This document shows, in pieces, positions 35,470 through 36,310 of a stretch of DNA of 36,310 nt (position 1 is the first letter of the stretch; every line of letters starts with the position of its first letter). This DNA comes from Candidatus Bipolaricaulia bacterium. Lineage in GTDB: Bacteria; Bipolaricaulota; Bipolaricaulia; RBG-16-55-9. The DNA lies in contig JBDGQO010000015.1 of NCBI GenBank assembly GCA_042219045.1, forward strand, positions 1,402-37,711, written 5' to 3'. The notes under the pieces were generated by a model. It was not told the origin of the DNA, did no database searches, and saw only the letters and a program-made list of their open reading frames with translations. The translations under genes were made by a program, and so were the position numbers.

Positions 35470-35655
35470 TCGCCGACGCTCACGCCCATCCCTCCGATCG
35501 ATAACTGTCCGGTTGACCGCGGTCCCTTCCCATCCCCTAACGATCTGCTAGTGATCACCGCGAAAGTCCGGTCAAGTCAGTTGCTGTCGGCGGGGGGCAA
35601 CATGTCGACCATCAGTTGACTCGACTTGTGCGGTGGTCTGTAAGTTGAGGCGGGC

Positions 35656-36310
35656 ATGACTTCGACGAGCCGTCTCGCCGGTATCGCGATCCTGGCGTTC
35701 GTGGGTCTGGCGCTGCTGACCGGTGCCGCGAACGGCCAGGAGGACATCTCGCTGCCCCAGCAGATGGGCGCGATCAACGACTACGCCGCGTCGCTGGGTC
35801 GCCAGACCCGCGAGCACCTCCAATCCCAGGTTGAGCGGTTGTCGAGCGAAGCGAACGTCGACCTGGCCGTGCTCATCTCGCTGATCGATCCCTTCAGCGA
35901 TCCGGCGCGCTACGCGGAGGCGATCTGGCGCCAATGGGACCTGGGCTCCAAACGGTCGGTGCTGCTCGTCGTCGTGCGCGAAGCCGAGACCCGCTGGGCG
36001 TTCCGGGTGCTCGGCTCGTCCGGCATTTCCGATCAACTGAGCGTCCTCCGGCGGGGAGAGGCGCGCGCGGCGATCGACGACGCCCTGGCCGATCGGGACG
36101 TGGCGAAGGCCGTCCGCGTGGGCGTCGACGCGCTGGCGGCGCAATGGGCCCCGGCAACGGACTCGGCCTCCTCTGCCGGTGAGACAACGGACGCTGACTC
36201 GACCACGTCCTCGTCGGAATCTGGTGCCGCCACGGCTCAGCCCGCCGAACCCCCCTGGTGGCAGTCGTTGTGGGCCTGGATCGCCGGCGGCGTCGCGTTG
36301 CTCCTGCTCA
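35656..36310 (+). CDS. TPM-domain exported/membrane protein (3' truncated)
   Basis: Manual translation: signal peptide MTSTSRLAGIAILAFVGLALL, AINDYAASL, YAEAIWRQWDLG..VLLVVV, Ser/Thr-rich linker, then a TM helix at the window end. Confidence 0.8.
   Translation, partial: MTSTSRLAGIAILAFVGLALLTGAANGQEDISLPQQMGAINDYAASLGRQTREHLQSQVERLSSEANVDLAVLISLIDPFSDPARYAEAIWRQWDLGSKRSVLLVVVREAETRWAFRVLGSSGISDQLSVLRRGEARAAIDDALADRDVAKAVRVGVDALAAQWAPATDSASSAGETTDADSTTSSSESGAATAQPAEPPWWQSLWAWIAGGVALLLL

Noticed and set aside
35500..35580. Inverted repeat TTGACCG..CGGTCAA with a C/T-rich loop after the zinc-ribbon gene
   Set aside because: The pairing is short and interrupted and has no convincing promoter; too weak to call an ncRNA.
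1..36310. CRISPR arrays, transposases, prophage genes, rRNA
   Set aside because: No regularly spaced repeats or recognisable proteins of these classes were seen.

Overview
GC-rich, densely coding bacterial chromosome segment. Several proteins are D/E-rich and several genes look haloarchaeal by eye, so a halophilic diderm host such as Bipolaricaulota/Acetothermia is plausible (inference only). The main feature is a complete UBact-proteasome system on the minus strand: ARC-type AAA ATPase, Dop-like deamidase, a 59-aa UBact modifier ending YRQRSGQ (missed by the ORF track), 20S beta, 20S alpha and a PafA-like ligase. The locus is split between beta and alpha by a translationally coupled membrane protein and a CDF/APC-USP transporter pair, and it is followed by an unusual RHH-like/Zn-ribbon/TM gene. 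Other features: an RtcB with a 511-aa LAGLIDADG intein at the catalytic Cys, divergent from an RHH antitoxin and an amber-interrupted MazF; CIRCE-controlled ClpC; a GDH with an antenna-like segment; a candidate 6S-like rod-shaped ncRNA; candidate anti-Shine-Dalgarno sRNAs; tRNA-Ala(GGC); and housekeeping genes (gcvT, folE, thiL, arginase, yebC, mgtE, dcd, yajC-secD-secF, holA). All calls come from reading motifs by eye; no database searches were run.
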